Source: an uncultured Verrucomicrobiae bacterium
GTDB lineage: Bacteria > Verrucomicrobiota > Verrucomicrobiia > Chthoniobacterales > UBA10450
NCBI GenBank assembly: GCA_963735805.1
Contig: CAVTMK010000002.1
Span: forward strand, 960,001 to 1,024,000
Direction: 5' to 3'
DNA: 64,000 nucleotides
In this document: positions 10,527-19,646 of the stretch, piece by piece
Layout: each line of letters opens with the position of its first letter
Position numbering within the stretch: position 1 is the first letter of the stretch
Notes under the pieces: model-generated
The model's input: the letters and a program-made list of their open reading frames with translations, nothing else
Database searches by the model: none
Told to the model about the DNA's origin: nothing
Made by a program: the position numbers and the translations under genes

Positions 10527-12035
10527 ATGGTTTCGGCGTTTCTCAACACGGTCAAGATACCGGAATTGCGCCGGCGCATTTTGTTTACGCTGGCCGTAAT
10601 CGTAGTTGTGCGATTGGGAGCTGCGATTACGACGCCGGGAGTTAACCAGGGTGTGTTACAGGAGTGGTTTCACACTTCCTTGAGCCAGCGCACTGGAGGC
10701 GGTCTGGCAGCCTTGTTTAATCTGTTCAGTGGTGGAGCCCTGGAGAATTGCGCCGTGTTTTCCCTGGGCATCATGCCTTACATTAGTGCATCGATCATGA
10801 TGCAGTTGCTGACTGCCGTGATCCCGCAGCTTGGCAGACTAGCGCGCGAAGATGGTGGCCGGCAAAAGATCATGCAGTTGACGCGCTACACGACCGTAGG
10901 GTTGTGCATTTTCCAAGGGTATTTGTTGGCGCTGTCATTCCAGCATCCGGAATCATATCACACCATGTTGCCGGGAATTACCGATACCATCAGGAACCTC
11001 GGCATTCCTCTTGTAGATGACCTGGGTTGGAAGTTTCGAATCGTAACTGTTGTCTCCCTGACCACTGGGACACTTCTGTTGATGTGGCTAGGGGATCAAA
11101 TTACCGAACGCGGCATCGGAAACGGGATATCCCTCATCATTACCGTCGGCATTGTTGCGCGGCTCCCAGCCGCGCTCGCGCAGGCGTGGAAGACTTTTGT
11201 GCCGTCAGCGAAAACCGGATCGAGCCAGGTTAATCCGATGGTTCTGGTATTGCTGGTGTTGTTTTTGATCATTGTCATCGCTGCGGTGATAACGATTACG
11301 CAAGGCGTGCGGAAAATTACCGTCCAGTACGCCAAGCGGGTAGTCGGCCGCAAAATGTACGGAGGCCAGACGCAATACATGCCGTTGAAAGTGAATTACG
11401 CCGGCGTGATGCCAATCATTTTCGCCTGGGCGCTGCTTCTCTTCCCAGCCACAATCGTACAGTACGGATTTCGAAATAGCCCTACAGCTGCGCGGATTGC
11501 GAGCGCGCTTTCTACTGGCTGGCCCCATTACGTTGCTCTCGCAGCAATGATTTTCTTTTTCAGTTACTTCTGGGTGGCGACGCAGTTTCAACCGACACAA
11601 ATCGCCGACGACCTGAAGAAATACGGAGGATACATTCCGGGGGTGCGACCGGGGAAACCGACTGCCGATTTTCTTGATTTCACAATGACCCGACTAACAT
11701 TTGCCGGCGCGATTTTCCTGACATTGATAGCGGTGTTGCCAAGTCTTCTGAGCCAGGGGTTGAATGTGCCTATGATCACGGCGCAATTTTTTGGGGGCAC
11801 AAGCTTGTTAATCATTGTGGGCGTTATGCTCGATACGATGCGCCAGGTAGAGACCCACCTTATTCAGCGGCATTACGATGGTTTCTTGCGCAAGGGGCGG
11901 ATTCGAGGGCGATCCTTTGATCGGGCTAGCTACAGTCGCGGTGAGGCGGCAGCGAGTGGCACTCTGATGTGGTTGTACGTGGGGATCGCCGTGCTTGTAA
12001 TCGCCGGTGTCGCCATTTTTCTATACGGTAGGTGA
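10527..12035 (+). CDS. secY: Preprotein translocase subunit SecY
   Basis: FSLGIMPYISASI, GIGNGISLII, YAGVMPIIFA, IPGVRPG, FGGTSLLIIVGV. Confidence 0.99.
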   Translation: MVSAFLNTVKIPELRRRILFTLAVIVVVRLGAAITTPGVNQGVLQEWFHTSLSQRTGGGLAALFNLFSGGALENCAVFSLGIMPYISASIMMQLLTAVIPQLGRLAREDGGRQKIMQLTRYTTVGLCIFQGYLLALSFQHPESYHTMLPGITDTIRNLGIPLVDDLGWKFRIVTVVSLTTGTLLLMWLGDQITERGIGNGISLIITVGIVARLPAALAQAWKTFVPSAKTGSSQVNPMVLVLLVLFLIIVIAAVITITQGVRKITVQYAKRVVGRKMYGGQTQYMPLKVNYAGVMPIIFAWALLLFPATIVQYGFRNSPTAARIASALSTGWPHYVALAAMIFFFSYFWVATQFQPTQIADDLKKYGGYIPGVRPGKPTADFLDFTMTRLTFAGAIFLTLIAVLPSLLSQGLNVPMITAQFFGGTSLLIIVGVMLDTMRQVETHLIQRHYDGFLRKGRIRGRSFDRASYSRGEAAASGTLMWLYVGIAVLVIAGVAIFLYGR

Positions 12036-12691
12036 AAAGGCGGCTTGTTCTTCTCGGTGCGCCCGGTTCTGGCAAAGGAACTCAGGCGGAAATGATTACA
12101 CGCCAGTTCGGCATTCCGGTTACTTCGCCTGGCGCTATCCTGCGCCGGGAAAGAGATCTCGGGACGCCGTTGGGAATGAAAACTGCCGAAGTGCTGCAAC
12201 GTGGCGGACTTGTTTCAGACAAAATCATCATCGAACTAATCGAAGACTGGTTGCGCCTGCATGGCGGTCATGGATTCGTATTCGATGGTTTTCCGAGGAC
12301 CCTGAGGCAGGCAGAAAGCTTGATGACCATATTGGCGCGATTGCGCACTGCTTTAGATTTAGCGATCTGGCTTGAGGTATCGGAACAAACCGTGCGTGAC
12401 CGCATCGCTGGTCGACTTCAATGTGGGGAATGCGGCTTTACAACCAGTTCGTCGAGTGCGCAGTTTGCGGAACGCGCTGTATGTCCTTATTGCGACGGCC
12501 CGCTGGTGCGGCGTAGCGACGATGACCTAAGCGTGTTGCAGACTCGGTTGCAAGAGTTCCGCACCAAGACCGAGCCACTGGCAGCTTTTTATGGAAAAAT
12601 GTCGATACTGCATCGGATCGACGGCAACCGCGATCGCGAGGCGGTCTTTAGCGATCTTTCGCGACTCATTGAAAACAAAACCGTGGCATGA
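12032..12691 (+). CDS. adk: Adenylate kinase (Zn-lid type)
   Basis: GAPGSGKGTQ, DGFPRT, CGEC...CPYCD lid. Confidence 0.95.
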   Translation: MKRRLVLLGAPGSGKGTQAEMITRQFGIPVTSPGAILRRERDLGTPLGMKTAEVLQRGGLVSDKIIIELIEDWLRLHGGHGFVFDGFPRTLRQAESLMTILARLRTALDLAIWLEVSEQTVRDRIAGRLQCGECGFTTSSSSAQFAERAVCPYCDGPLVRRSDDDLSVLQTRLQEFRTKTEPLAAFYGKMSILHRIDGNRDREAVFSDLSRLIENKTVA

Positions 12692-13464
12692 TTCCGATCA
12701 AGAACGCGAAGGAAATTGAGATGATGCGGCAGGCGTGTCGCACCGCGAGCGATACCCTGGATCGTGTCAGTGACCTGATTCGCCCTGGTATCACCACGAA
12801 GGAGGTGGATGAAGCAGCAGCAGATTTCATGAGCGACGCACACGTGAAAAGTGCGTTTCTCGGTTATCGCCTCGGCCATCGTGTTTTTCCCGGCAACATT
12901 TGCATCTCGCTCAATGACGAAGTTGTTCATGGAATCGGTAGCCAGCGGCGTATTCAATACGGCGACATCGTAAAACTGGACATTGGCATCGTTCAGGAGG
13001 GTTGGGTAGGGGACAACGCGACTACTGTCCCGGTTGGAGTTGTTGATGAACGGACCGACCAATTGCTGCGGGTAACGGAAAACGCGCTGGCCCGCGCGAT
13101 TGGGGCCGCGCGCGAAGGACAGCGCGTAGGTGATATATGCGCCGAAATTGAGGATGAAGCGCGCCGCTTTGGTTTTTCAGTCGTACGCGAATTTGTTGGA
13201 CATGGGGTTGGGCGCAAAATGCACGAAGAGCCGCAAATCCCCAATTACGGCAAGCGTGGCAGCGGTCCGAAGTTAAAGGCCGGTATGACGCTGGCAATTG
13301 AGCCGATGATTAACATCGGCACTTCTGACGTAAGATTGCTCGACGATGGGTGGACCGTGCGGACGGCGGATGGAATGCCCTCTGCACATTTCGAGCACAC
13401 GGTGCTGATCACGAAGGACGATCCAGAAATTCTGACATGGCGCGCAAAGACGCAATTGAAGTAG
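12688..13464 (+). CDS. map: Methionine aminopeptidase type I
   Basis: [32 protein letters not shown]. Confidence 0.98.
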   Translation: MIPIKNAKEIEMMRQACRTASDTLDRVSDLIRPGITTKEVDEAAADFMSDAHVKSAFLGYRLGHRVFPGNICISLNDEVVHGIGSQRRIQYGDIVKLDIGIVQEGWVGDNATTVPVGVVDERTDQLLRVTENALARAIGAAREGQRVGDICAEIEDEARRFGFSVVREFVGHGVGRKMHEEPQIPNYGKRGSGPKLKAGMTLAIEPMINIGTSDVRLLDDGWTVRTADGMPSAHFEHTVLITKDDPEILTWRAKTQLK

Positions 13465-13655
13465 AAGGCACAGTCGTCGAACTGCTGCCCAATACCATGT
13501 TTCGGATTGCATTGGCCAACGGCCATCGTGTTTTAGCGCATATTTCCGGAAAAATGCGCCTCCACTTCATTCGGATCTTGCCAGGAGACAAAGTTATGCT
13601 AGAGATTTCACCCTACGATTTGTCGAAAGGGCGGATTACCTATCGCCAAAAATGA
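13437..13655 (+). CDS. infA: Translation initiation factor IF-1
   Basis: [32 protein letters not shown]. Confidence 0.98.
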   Translation: MARKDAIEVEGTVVELLPNTMFRIALANGHRVLAHISGKMRLHFIRILPGDKVMLEISPYDLSKGRITYRQK

Positions 13656-13694
13656 CAACGCGGAGCCGGCTCCGCGTTTTCCATTTCGCGGATT

Positions 13695-13808
13695 ATGAAA
13701 GTACGACCATCAGTAAAAAGGCTTTGTGCCAGTTGCAGGATCGTGAAGCGCAAGAACGTGGTGCGCGTGATCTGCAAAAACCCGCGCCATAAACAGCGCC
13801 AGGGATGA
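13695..13808 (+). CDS. rpmJ: 50S ribosomal protein L36 (Zn-binding form), not in ORF track
   Basis: Manual translation [37 protein letters not shown]. Confidence 0.98.
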   Translation: MKVRPSVKRLCASCRIVKRKNVVRVICKNPRHKQRQG

Positions 13809-13842
13809 CCGAGTTTAGTTTGTAGTCTTTTAACCACTTGCC

Positions 13843-14238
13843 ATGCCCAGATTATTAGGAGTCGAAATTCCGGCGGACAAACGCATCGAGGCGTCGCTTA
13901 CTTATATTTATGGAATCGGCTTTGCCACAGCCAGGCGCATTCTCGAGCAGACTAATATCGATCCAAATTTGCGAGCGAAAAACCTTACGCCGCAACAGTT
14001 GAACGAAATCATTCATGCGATCACAAACAACAAGGTCAAGATCGAAGGTGATCTGCGTCGTGAAATCCAGGGTAATTTAAAACGTCTGCAGGCAATCAAC
14101 TCTTATCGCGGCATCCGGCATCGCAAGGGCTTGCCCGTGCGTGGACAACGCACTTCGACAAATGCCCGGACACGGAAGGGGCCGCGCAAAACCGTCGGCG
14201 TCGTCCGCAATCCGGAAGCTAAAGCCGGCAAAGTCTAA
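13843..14238 (+). CDS. rpsM: 30S ribosomal protein S13
   Basis: [34 protein letters not shown]. Confidence 0.99.
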   Translation: MPRLLGVEIPADKRIEASLTYIYGIGFATARRILEQTNIDPNLRAKNLTPQQLNEIIHAITNNKVKIEGDLRREIQGNLKRLQAINSYRGIRHRKGLPVRGQRTSTNARTRKGPRKTVGVVRNPEAKAGKV

Positions 14239-14254
14239 ATGACTCATTAGAATT

Positions 14255-14866
14255 ATGGCTGACCCAGAAAGTCCAACCAGTCCAAACCCGGAAGAACCGA
14301 AAACGAGCGAGCCCAAATCAGTGCCGGCTGCGAAGGATTCCCGCGAAGGCGAAGCGGCTGTAGCTTCTAAGACAGACGCGCCGGCCAAGCCTGTAAAAAA
14401 AGCAGCCAAGCAAAAAAAAGAACAGCCAACCGCTACCGCGCCAGCCGCCGCCGAGAATCTTTCGCTTTCTGCTGATAACATCGAGAAGCCAAAGATCGTC
14501 AAAGCCAAAGGTAGCAAAAACGTTCACTCCGGCATCGCGCACGTGCTTTCGACCTTCAACAACACAGTCGTGACGATCACTGACATGAAAGGCAACGTGA
14601 TCGGATGGTCGAGTGCTGGCAAAGTCGGCTTTAAAGGCTCGCGTAAGAGCACTGCCTACGCAGCGCAGATGGTTGCGCAGGATGCCTCCCGCCAGGCAAT
14701 GGGTCACGGGCTCAAGGAAGTGGAAGTCCTGGTAAAAGGGCCGGGAGCCGGGCGTGAATCAGCGGTCCGCGCGTTGCAGGCAGTGGGACTCGATCTCACG
14801 GTGATCCGCGACGTCACTCCTGTGCCGCACAATGGTTGTCGCCCGCCCAAACAACGCCGCGTCTAA
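14255..14866 (+). CDS. rpsK: 30S ribosomal protein S11 with long low-complexity N-terminal extension
   Basis: [37 protein letters not shown]. Confidence 0.98.
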   Translation: MADPESPTSPNPEEPKTSEPKSVPAAKDSREGEAAVASKTDAPAKPVKKAAKQKKEQPTATAPAAAENLSLSADNIEKPKIVKAKGSKNVHSGIAHVLSTFNNTVVTITDMKGNVIGWSSAGKVGFKGSRKSTAYAAQMVAQDASRQAMGHGLKEVEVLVKGPGAGRESAVRALQAVGLDLTVIRDVTPVPHNGCRPPKQRRV

Positions 14867-14890
14867 CATTTCAACCCTTAAACGAATCTG

Positions 14891-15502
14891 ATGGGCAGAT
14901 ATACTGGACCAAAAACAAGAGTGAGCCGACGTTACGGCGTTCCGATTTTCGGCTCCTCCAAGGCATTGGAGCGGAAGAATTATCCCCCCGGAATGCATGG
15001 CCCGAGAGGCTCCCGGCGCAAACAATCAGAGTATGCGATTGCGCTGGGCGAAAAACAGAAGCTGCGTTATCAATACGGGCTTCTCGAAAGGCAGTTCCGG
15101 CGTATCTTCGAGAGCGCGCTGCGCAAGCGCGGAGTGACAGGTGAGACACTCCTTCAGCTACTAGAGACGCGGTTGGATAATGTCGTTTACCGGCTTGGCC
15201 TCGCTAACAGCCGCAATGCTGCTCGCCAGCTTGTATCACATGGCCACGTGCTCGTGAACGGGCGCGGCGTGAATGTCGCTTCCTACAATGTAAAGGCAGG
15301 CGACGAAATCACGATCAAAGATAAACCGAAATCGCGCATGCTGGTGCTGCGTAACCTTGATCTTACACAAATCGTTCCCGTGCCCGACTGGCTAACCGTT
15401 GATCGCGACGCATTGAGCGGCAAGGTTGCCCGCATCCCAACTCGCGAAGAGATACAGCCAATCGTGAACGAACAGCTCATCGTGGAGCTGTATTCGCGAT
15501 AA
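14891..15502 (+). CDS. rpsD: 30S ribosomal protein S4
   Basis: MGRYTGP, EKQKLRYQYG, LETRLDNVVYRLG, EQLIVELYSR. Confidence 0.99.
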   Translation: MGRYTGPKTRVSRRYGVPIFGSSKALERKNYPPGMHGPRGSRRKQSEYAIALGEKQKLRYQYGLLERQFRRIFESALRKRGVTGETLLQLLETRLDNVVYRLGLANSRNAARQLVSHGHVLVNGRGVNVASYNVKAGDEITIKDKPKSRMLVLRNLDLTQIVPVPDWLTVDRDALSGKVARIPTREEIQPIVNEQLIVELYSR

Positions 15503-15731
15503 TAATTCCCTCGAGAAATTCGAGTGCCTTATCATAGCTCCTGCGCTGAAGATAGTGTGTCAGTCGCGGATCCACAGGTTTAGGCAAACGCGTTTGCAAA
15601 GCATCGATTCGTTCTGAAACTGCTTTTAATCGCGCGATGTGCTTTGCTTCATCGCAGCGGCTTTGTTCGTCGCGAATCACCGCGAGGCGTTCTCGTAGCG
15701 CCTGGGCTAGATCGACAAGCGTGTTCTCCAT
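15477..15731 (-). CDS. Small helical hypothetical protein, 3' end overlapping rpsD
   Basis: 84-aa ATG ORF with protein-like DPRLTHYLQRRSYDKALEFL. Confidence 0.65.
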   Translation of the reverse strand: MENTLVDLAQALRERLAVIRDEQSRCDEAKHIARLKAVSERIDALQTRLPKPVDPRLTHYLQRRSYDKALEFLEGIIIANTAPR

Positions 15732-15767
15732 TTAATTAAACGGGGTTCATGATCACTATTTCTGACC

Positions 15768-16100
15768 TTAACGGCGATCGGTCTCGGAAAGCAGTTGTCG
15801 TTTCGCTTCCAGCCAATCCGATTCTGCGTCACCTGGCAGCGCGAATCGCCGCCGTCGTTCAGAGATGAAGTAGGCTCGAAGCCGAATCGTTTCGTCTGTC
15901 GGGTCCTGGATTCCCGCTGCCTCGAGTGGCATTGAAACTTTCGATGCGGCCGCGCCTTTACCAGCTGCGGTCTTCCCTGGTTTTCGATTCAAAGTCGCAC
16001 CGCGTAGGCGGCTACCCTTGCCAGTTTTTACTTTAAAAGAGTCACCGGTCTCCGGCGACGTCTCACTTTTACTTTGAACAATTTTCTTTTTTTTCGGCAC
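15768..16100 (-). CDS. DUF2934-domain protein
   Basis: C-terminal TIRLRAYFISERR...GDAESDWLEAKRQL fits the DUF2934 pattern; basic N-terminus. Confidence 0.75.
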   Translation of the reverse strand: MPKKKKIVQSKSETSPETGDSFKVKTGKGSRLRGATLNRKPGKTAAGKGAAASKVSMPLEAAGIQDPTDETIRLRAYFISERRRRFALPGDAESDWLEAKRQLLSETDRR

Positions 16101-16204
16101 AGATTTTATCGTTGATTGTTTTAATTCGTTTATCGTTCATCGGTCAGATGGCAAGTGCTTTCTCGCACTTCTTTGATCGAGGAGTACATTAGAAACTTTA
16201 CGGG

Positions 16205-16615
16205 ATGAGACATTTTGTTTTTCGCTGGATCGTGACTACCATCGCAGTGTTCGTGGCCGCGCCGATCGTTGGTATCAACTACGGTGACCGTCTCGGCTGT
16301 CTGCTGGGCGCATCGCTCCTGCTCGGTATCATCAACGCTTTTATCCGCCCCGTGCTTTTGTTGCTGAGTCTACCGTTGATTCTCGTCACGCTTGGCGTTT
16401 TCATCTTAATCATTAATGCGCTGATGTTGAAATTCGTAGGCGAGATCATGCCATGTTTTCAAGTTCCCGGTTTCTGGCGCGCATTTTTTGGTGCGATCAT
16501 CATTTCGATCGTTAGCTGGCTGCTCAGCGCATTTTTTCGTGGAAGCGACGGACGCGTTCATGTGCTCACCCATCATACCCAAATCAAGCGTGTCCGTGGC
16601 CGCGTGATCGAATGA
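16205..16615 (+). CDS. Phage-holin-family (YvlD-like, 4-TM) membrane protein
   Basis: LGIINAFIRPVLLLLSLPLILVTLGVFILIINALML, GFWRAFFGAIIISIVS. Confidence 0.85.
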   Translation: MRHFVFRWIVTTIAVFVAAPIVGINYGDRLGCLLGASLLLGIINAFIRPVLLLLSLPLILVTLGVFILIINALMLKFVGEIMPCFQVPGFWRAFFGAIIISIVSWLLSAFFRGSDGRVHVLTHHTQIKRVRGRVIE

Positions 16616-16700
16616 AGGAGCGGTAATCGTAATTCGAGATTCGGAAGCCGGATCTTTCATCGCGCATTAACGCTCGAAGCCGATTTAGCGAATCAACGAA

Positions 16701-17312
16701 TCAGGCGGATCCGCCCAGATACTTACTGAGTCGTGAGCGGAGCTCGGTCCGTGCGCGAAAGAGAACGCTTTTCACAGCGGGAACCGAGAGATCGAGAACC
16801 TCTGCAATTTGCTCGTAACTAAGCTGCTCGTATCTCCTGAGCACCAGTGCCATTCGCTGGGTTTCCGGAAGCTCAAGAATTGCTCCCTCAATCGTTCGCT
16901 GAAGCTCTACTTCCAGGAGGGAAGCATCGGGAGCGGGGTTCGCTTCATCCTTAATAGGCGGATCTTCAGCGCCTGGTTCCGGCTGCAGCGGAACATGTGC
17001 GTGACGCTTGGAACGACGTAGCTCGTTGAAAACCAGGTTACGGGTAATTTTCAATAGCCAGGTCGTGAATTTAGCGCGCGGGACATAGCGCCGAGCACTT
17101 TTCCAAACTCGGATAAAAACCTGCTGCGCAATGTCTTCTACATCGGAATTGCTGCCCAGCATGCGTGCCACCGTCCCGGCCACCAAGGTCTGGTGCTTCT
17201 CAATCAACTCTTCCAGCGCAACCGTGTCGCCTTTGCCGATAAGGCGCATGAGGCGCACGTCATCGGCGTCCTCTTGCGATCTCCCTTTGTTTCCGCGGTC
17301 GTCGCCAGACAT
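16701..17312 (-). CDS. ECF RNA polymerase sigma factor
   Basis: EDIAQQVFIRVW, KFTTWLLKITRN, LSYEQIAEVL, VKSVLFRAR; ATG at 17312. Confidence 0.93.
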   Translation of the reverse strand: MSGDDRGNKGRSQEDADDVRLMRLIGKGDTVALEELIEKHQTLVAGTVARMLGSNSDVEDIAQQVFIRVWKSARRYVPRAKFTTWLLKITRNLVFNELRRSKRHAHVPLQPEPGAEDPPIKDEANPAPDASLLEVELQRTIEGAILELPETQRMALVLRRYEQLSYEQIAEVLDLSVPAVKSVLFRARTELRSRLSKYLGGSA

Positions 17313-17471
17313 CGGTTCATTTAGACGGTTGTCTAAGGCAAAGCTTGCCAGAAAAACAGCAACTAGCCAAAATTCGACCTTCGCCAGGCGGCGTAGCAGC
17401 CATGGTTTTTGTTGCAAGGCCGAAGCTGCCTGTGCATGCTTCGGTTGGCGATGGCTTAGCCTAGCGACCGG

Positions 17472-18617
17472 ATGAATTACCAGCTTATTCCGAAAGAACT
17501 CAGGCCGATTGCAGAAAAAGTCGAGGCGCGTCAGCGGATTTCCGAAGCAGACGCTCTGGCTCTGTATCGGGCGAACGATCTTAACGCACTTGCAATGATC
17601 GCAAGTACTGTCCGTGAGCAAAAGAACGGCAACTACGCCACTTACATTCACAATCGTTACATCAATTACTCCAACATCTGCATCCTATCGTGTCAGTTCT
17701 GCGCTTTTGCTGCCAAAAAGCGCGATGCTCACGCGTTTGAATATGCGATCGACGAGATTATCCGGGTGGTCCGAGACGCGCTTCCCCTCGGGGTCACCGA
17801 GGTGCATATGGTGGGAGGCCTGCATCCATCGCTGAAAAAAGAATGGTATCTGGACCTTTTGCAGCAGCTCCGTGCCCTCGATCCGAACCTTCACATCAAG
17901 GCTTTTACTGCGATCGAGGCGCGCCATTTGGCTCAACGAATTTTTCGGATGCCAATCCGCGATACGTTGGAAACTCTGCGCGCGGTCGGTTTGGGCTCGA
18001 TCACCGGCGGTGGCGCGGAGATTTTCGATCCGGTTGTACGCGATAAAATCTGCCGTGGTAAAGAGACTGCCGCCGAATGGCTCGATGTTCATCGGGTCTG
18101 GCATTCAATGGGCGGCCGCAGCACGTGCACCATGCTCTACGGGCACATTGAGACACTTGCTCAGCGCGTGGATCACCTTCGCCAGCTACGGGAATTGCAG
18201 GATGAGACCCGCGGATTCACGGGCTTCGTTCCTTTCGCTTTCGAACCATCTCAATCCCACGACCTTCTCGCTCAGATTAAGCGCGCCTCTGCCTTCGAAC
18301 AACTTCGCAATCTGGCGGTGAGTCGGATTTATCTGGATAATATCGATCATCTGACCGCTTACTGGGTGAGCCTCGGACTGCCTCTCGCACAGGTGTCGCT
18401 CAGTTACGGAGTGGACGATTTGCATGGAACAATTTTGGAAGAAAAAATCTTCCACATGGCCGGAGCGACTACGCCGCAACAGCAGACCGTTGCCGCTCTC
18501 GAACATGCCATCCGCGAAGCGGGCCGACAGCCCGTACAGCGCGATAGTTATTATCGGCATTTGAATGGCACCAGTCGAGCCTGTCGGCCTAACGAGCCGG
18601 AACAGGCCTGTGCGTGA
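17472..18617 (+). CDS. mqnE: Aminofutalosine synthase (radical SAM)
   Basis: NYSNICILSCQFCAF, EVHMVGGLHP, GGGAEIF, EEKIFHMAGA; adjacent to mqnA. Confidence 0.88.
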   Translation: MNYQLIPKELRPIAEKVEARQRISEADALALYRANDLNALAMIASTVREQKNGNYATYIHNRYINYSNICILSCQFCAFAAKKRDAHAFEYAIDEIIRVVRDALPLGVTEVHMVGGLHPSLKKEWYLDLLQQLRALDPNLHIKAFTAIEARHLAQRIFRMPIRDTLETLRAVGLGSITGGGAEIFDPVVRDKICRGKETAAEWLDVHRVWHSMGGRSTCTMLYGHIETLAQRVDHLRQLRELQDETRGFTGFVPFAFEPSQSHDLLAQIKRASAFEQLRNLAVSRIYLDNIDHLTAYWVSLGLPLAQVSLSYGVDDLHGTILEEKIFHMAGATTPQQQTVAALEHAIREAGRQPVQRDSYYRHLNGTSRACRPNEPEQACA

Positions 18618-18654
18618 AAGATACAGCGCAATCAACGGGCGCGCCGGGGAACGA

Positions 18655-19482
18655 ATGCTGCGCATCGGTTGCGTAAAATATCTCAACGCCCGTCCGCTCA
18701 TCCGAGGCTGGAACGGCGAGGTGGACTTCGATCATCCATCGGCACTTTGCAATAAACTTGCCGCAGGCAAGCTAGATGTTGCACTCGTCTCCAGTTTCGA
18801 ATTTCTGCGTAACCCTATTTATCGGATCGTTAACGGCGTTTCCATTTCATCGGATGGCCCGGTGTACAGCGTAGTTGTCGCGTACCGCGGCGAGATCTCC
18901 AACATCGCAGGTATCGAACTCGATCCGGCATCAGAAACGTCTGCTAATCTCTTACGTAGTTTGCTTGCAGAGCTCGGATTGAGTCCGCATTTGGTTCAAG
19001 GGAATGCTCCGAAAGTTTTTGGGGCAAAACACAGCGCACGATTGTTGATCGGCGATCAAGCCATTCGCTTTCGACAGCAGTACGCCAATGAATTTTCGTT
19101 CTGGGACCTTGGCGAAGAATGGCTGAAACTGTTCAATATTCCGTTTGTTTACGCGCTCTGGCTTATTCGTCCCGAAGTCGACGATCCAGAACAAATCGCA
19201 GATTGCCTACGCAATCTGCGCGATGAAAACCTAGCCAATTTCGACGACCTAGTCAGAGAAGTTGTGACCGGGGCCGGCTTGTCCCATCGCAGCTCAAAAG
19301 CGAAGGCGGACGACCCCGGTCGGCGAACAGGGCTGAATCGACAATTCTTTTTTCACTATTATCACGAACATCTTCGATTTGGCTTTGGCGAAAGGGAAAA
19401 GGAAGGGTTGCGAACCTTTGCCAAATTGTGCACAAGGCAAGACCTGATTCCAAAGCGCGATCTCACATTCCGTGTTGCTTAG
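18655..19482 (+). CDS. mqnA: Chorismate dehydratase (futalosine pathway)
   Basis: RIGCVKYLNARPL, GPVYSV, LLIGDQA, DLGEEW, PFVYALW. Confidence 0.9.
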   Translation: MLRIGCVKYLNARPLIRGWNGEVDFDHPSALCNKLAAGKLDVALVSSFEFLRNPIYRIVNGVSISSDGPVYSVVVAYRGEISNIAGIELDPASETSANLLRSLLAELGLSPHLVQGNAPKVFGAKHSARLLIGDQAIRFRQQYANEFSFWDLGEEWLKLFNIPFVYALWLIRPEVDDPEQIADCLRNLRDENLANFDDLVREVVTGAGLSHRSSKAKADDPGRRTGLNRQFFFHYYHEHLRFGFGEREKEGLRTFAKLCTRQDLIPKRDLTFRVA

Positions 19483-19646
19483 CGAGTGATAGGACTATCG
19501 CTTTGCTCACCTAGACGGGGAACGACCTGTCAAAGCTGCCCCGAACCGAATCGGCAGCTCCATGATTTTCGCACGAAGCGCTTCTGGAGGGCGATTCCGC
19601 TACTCCCTGCAGCTTGTAAGAAACTTTTCCGCGAATAAACTGATCG

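Noticed and set aside
16205..16615. Holin as evidence of a prophage
   Set aside because: YvlD-like membrane proteins are common chromosomal genes and no phage genes are nearby.
17313..17651. Long N-terminal extension of the ECF sigma in the ORF track
   Set aside because: It overlaps divergent mqnE and has no sigma similarity; ATG 17312 is preferred.
18614..18676. Frameshifted mqnA start from the GTG overlapping the mqnE stop
   Set aside because: The in-frame ATG at 18655 precedes all conserved MqnA residues, so no frameshift is needed.
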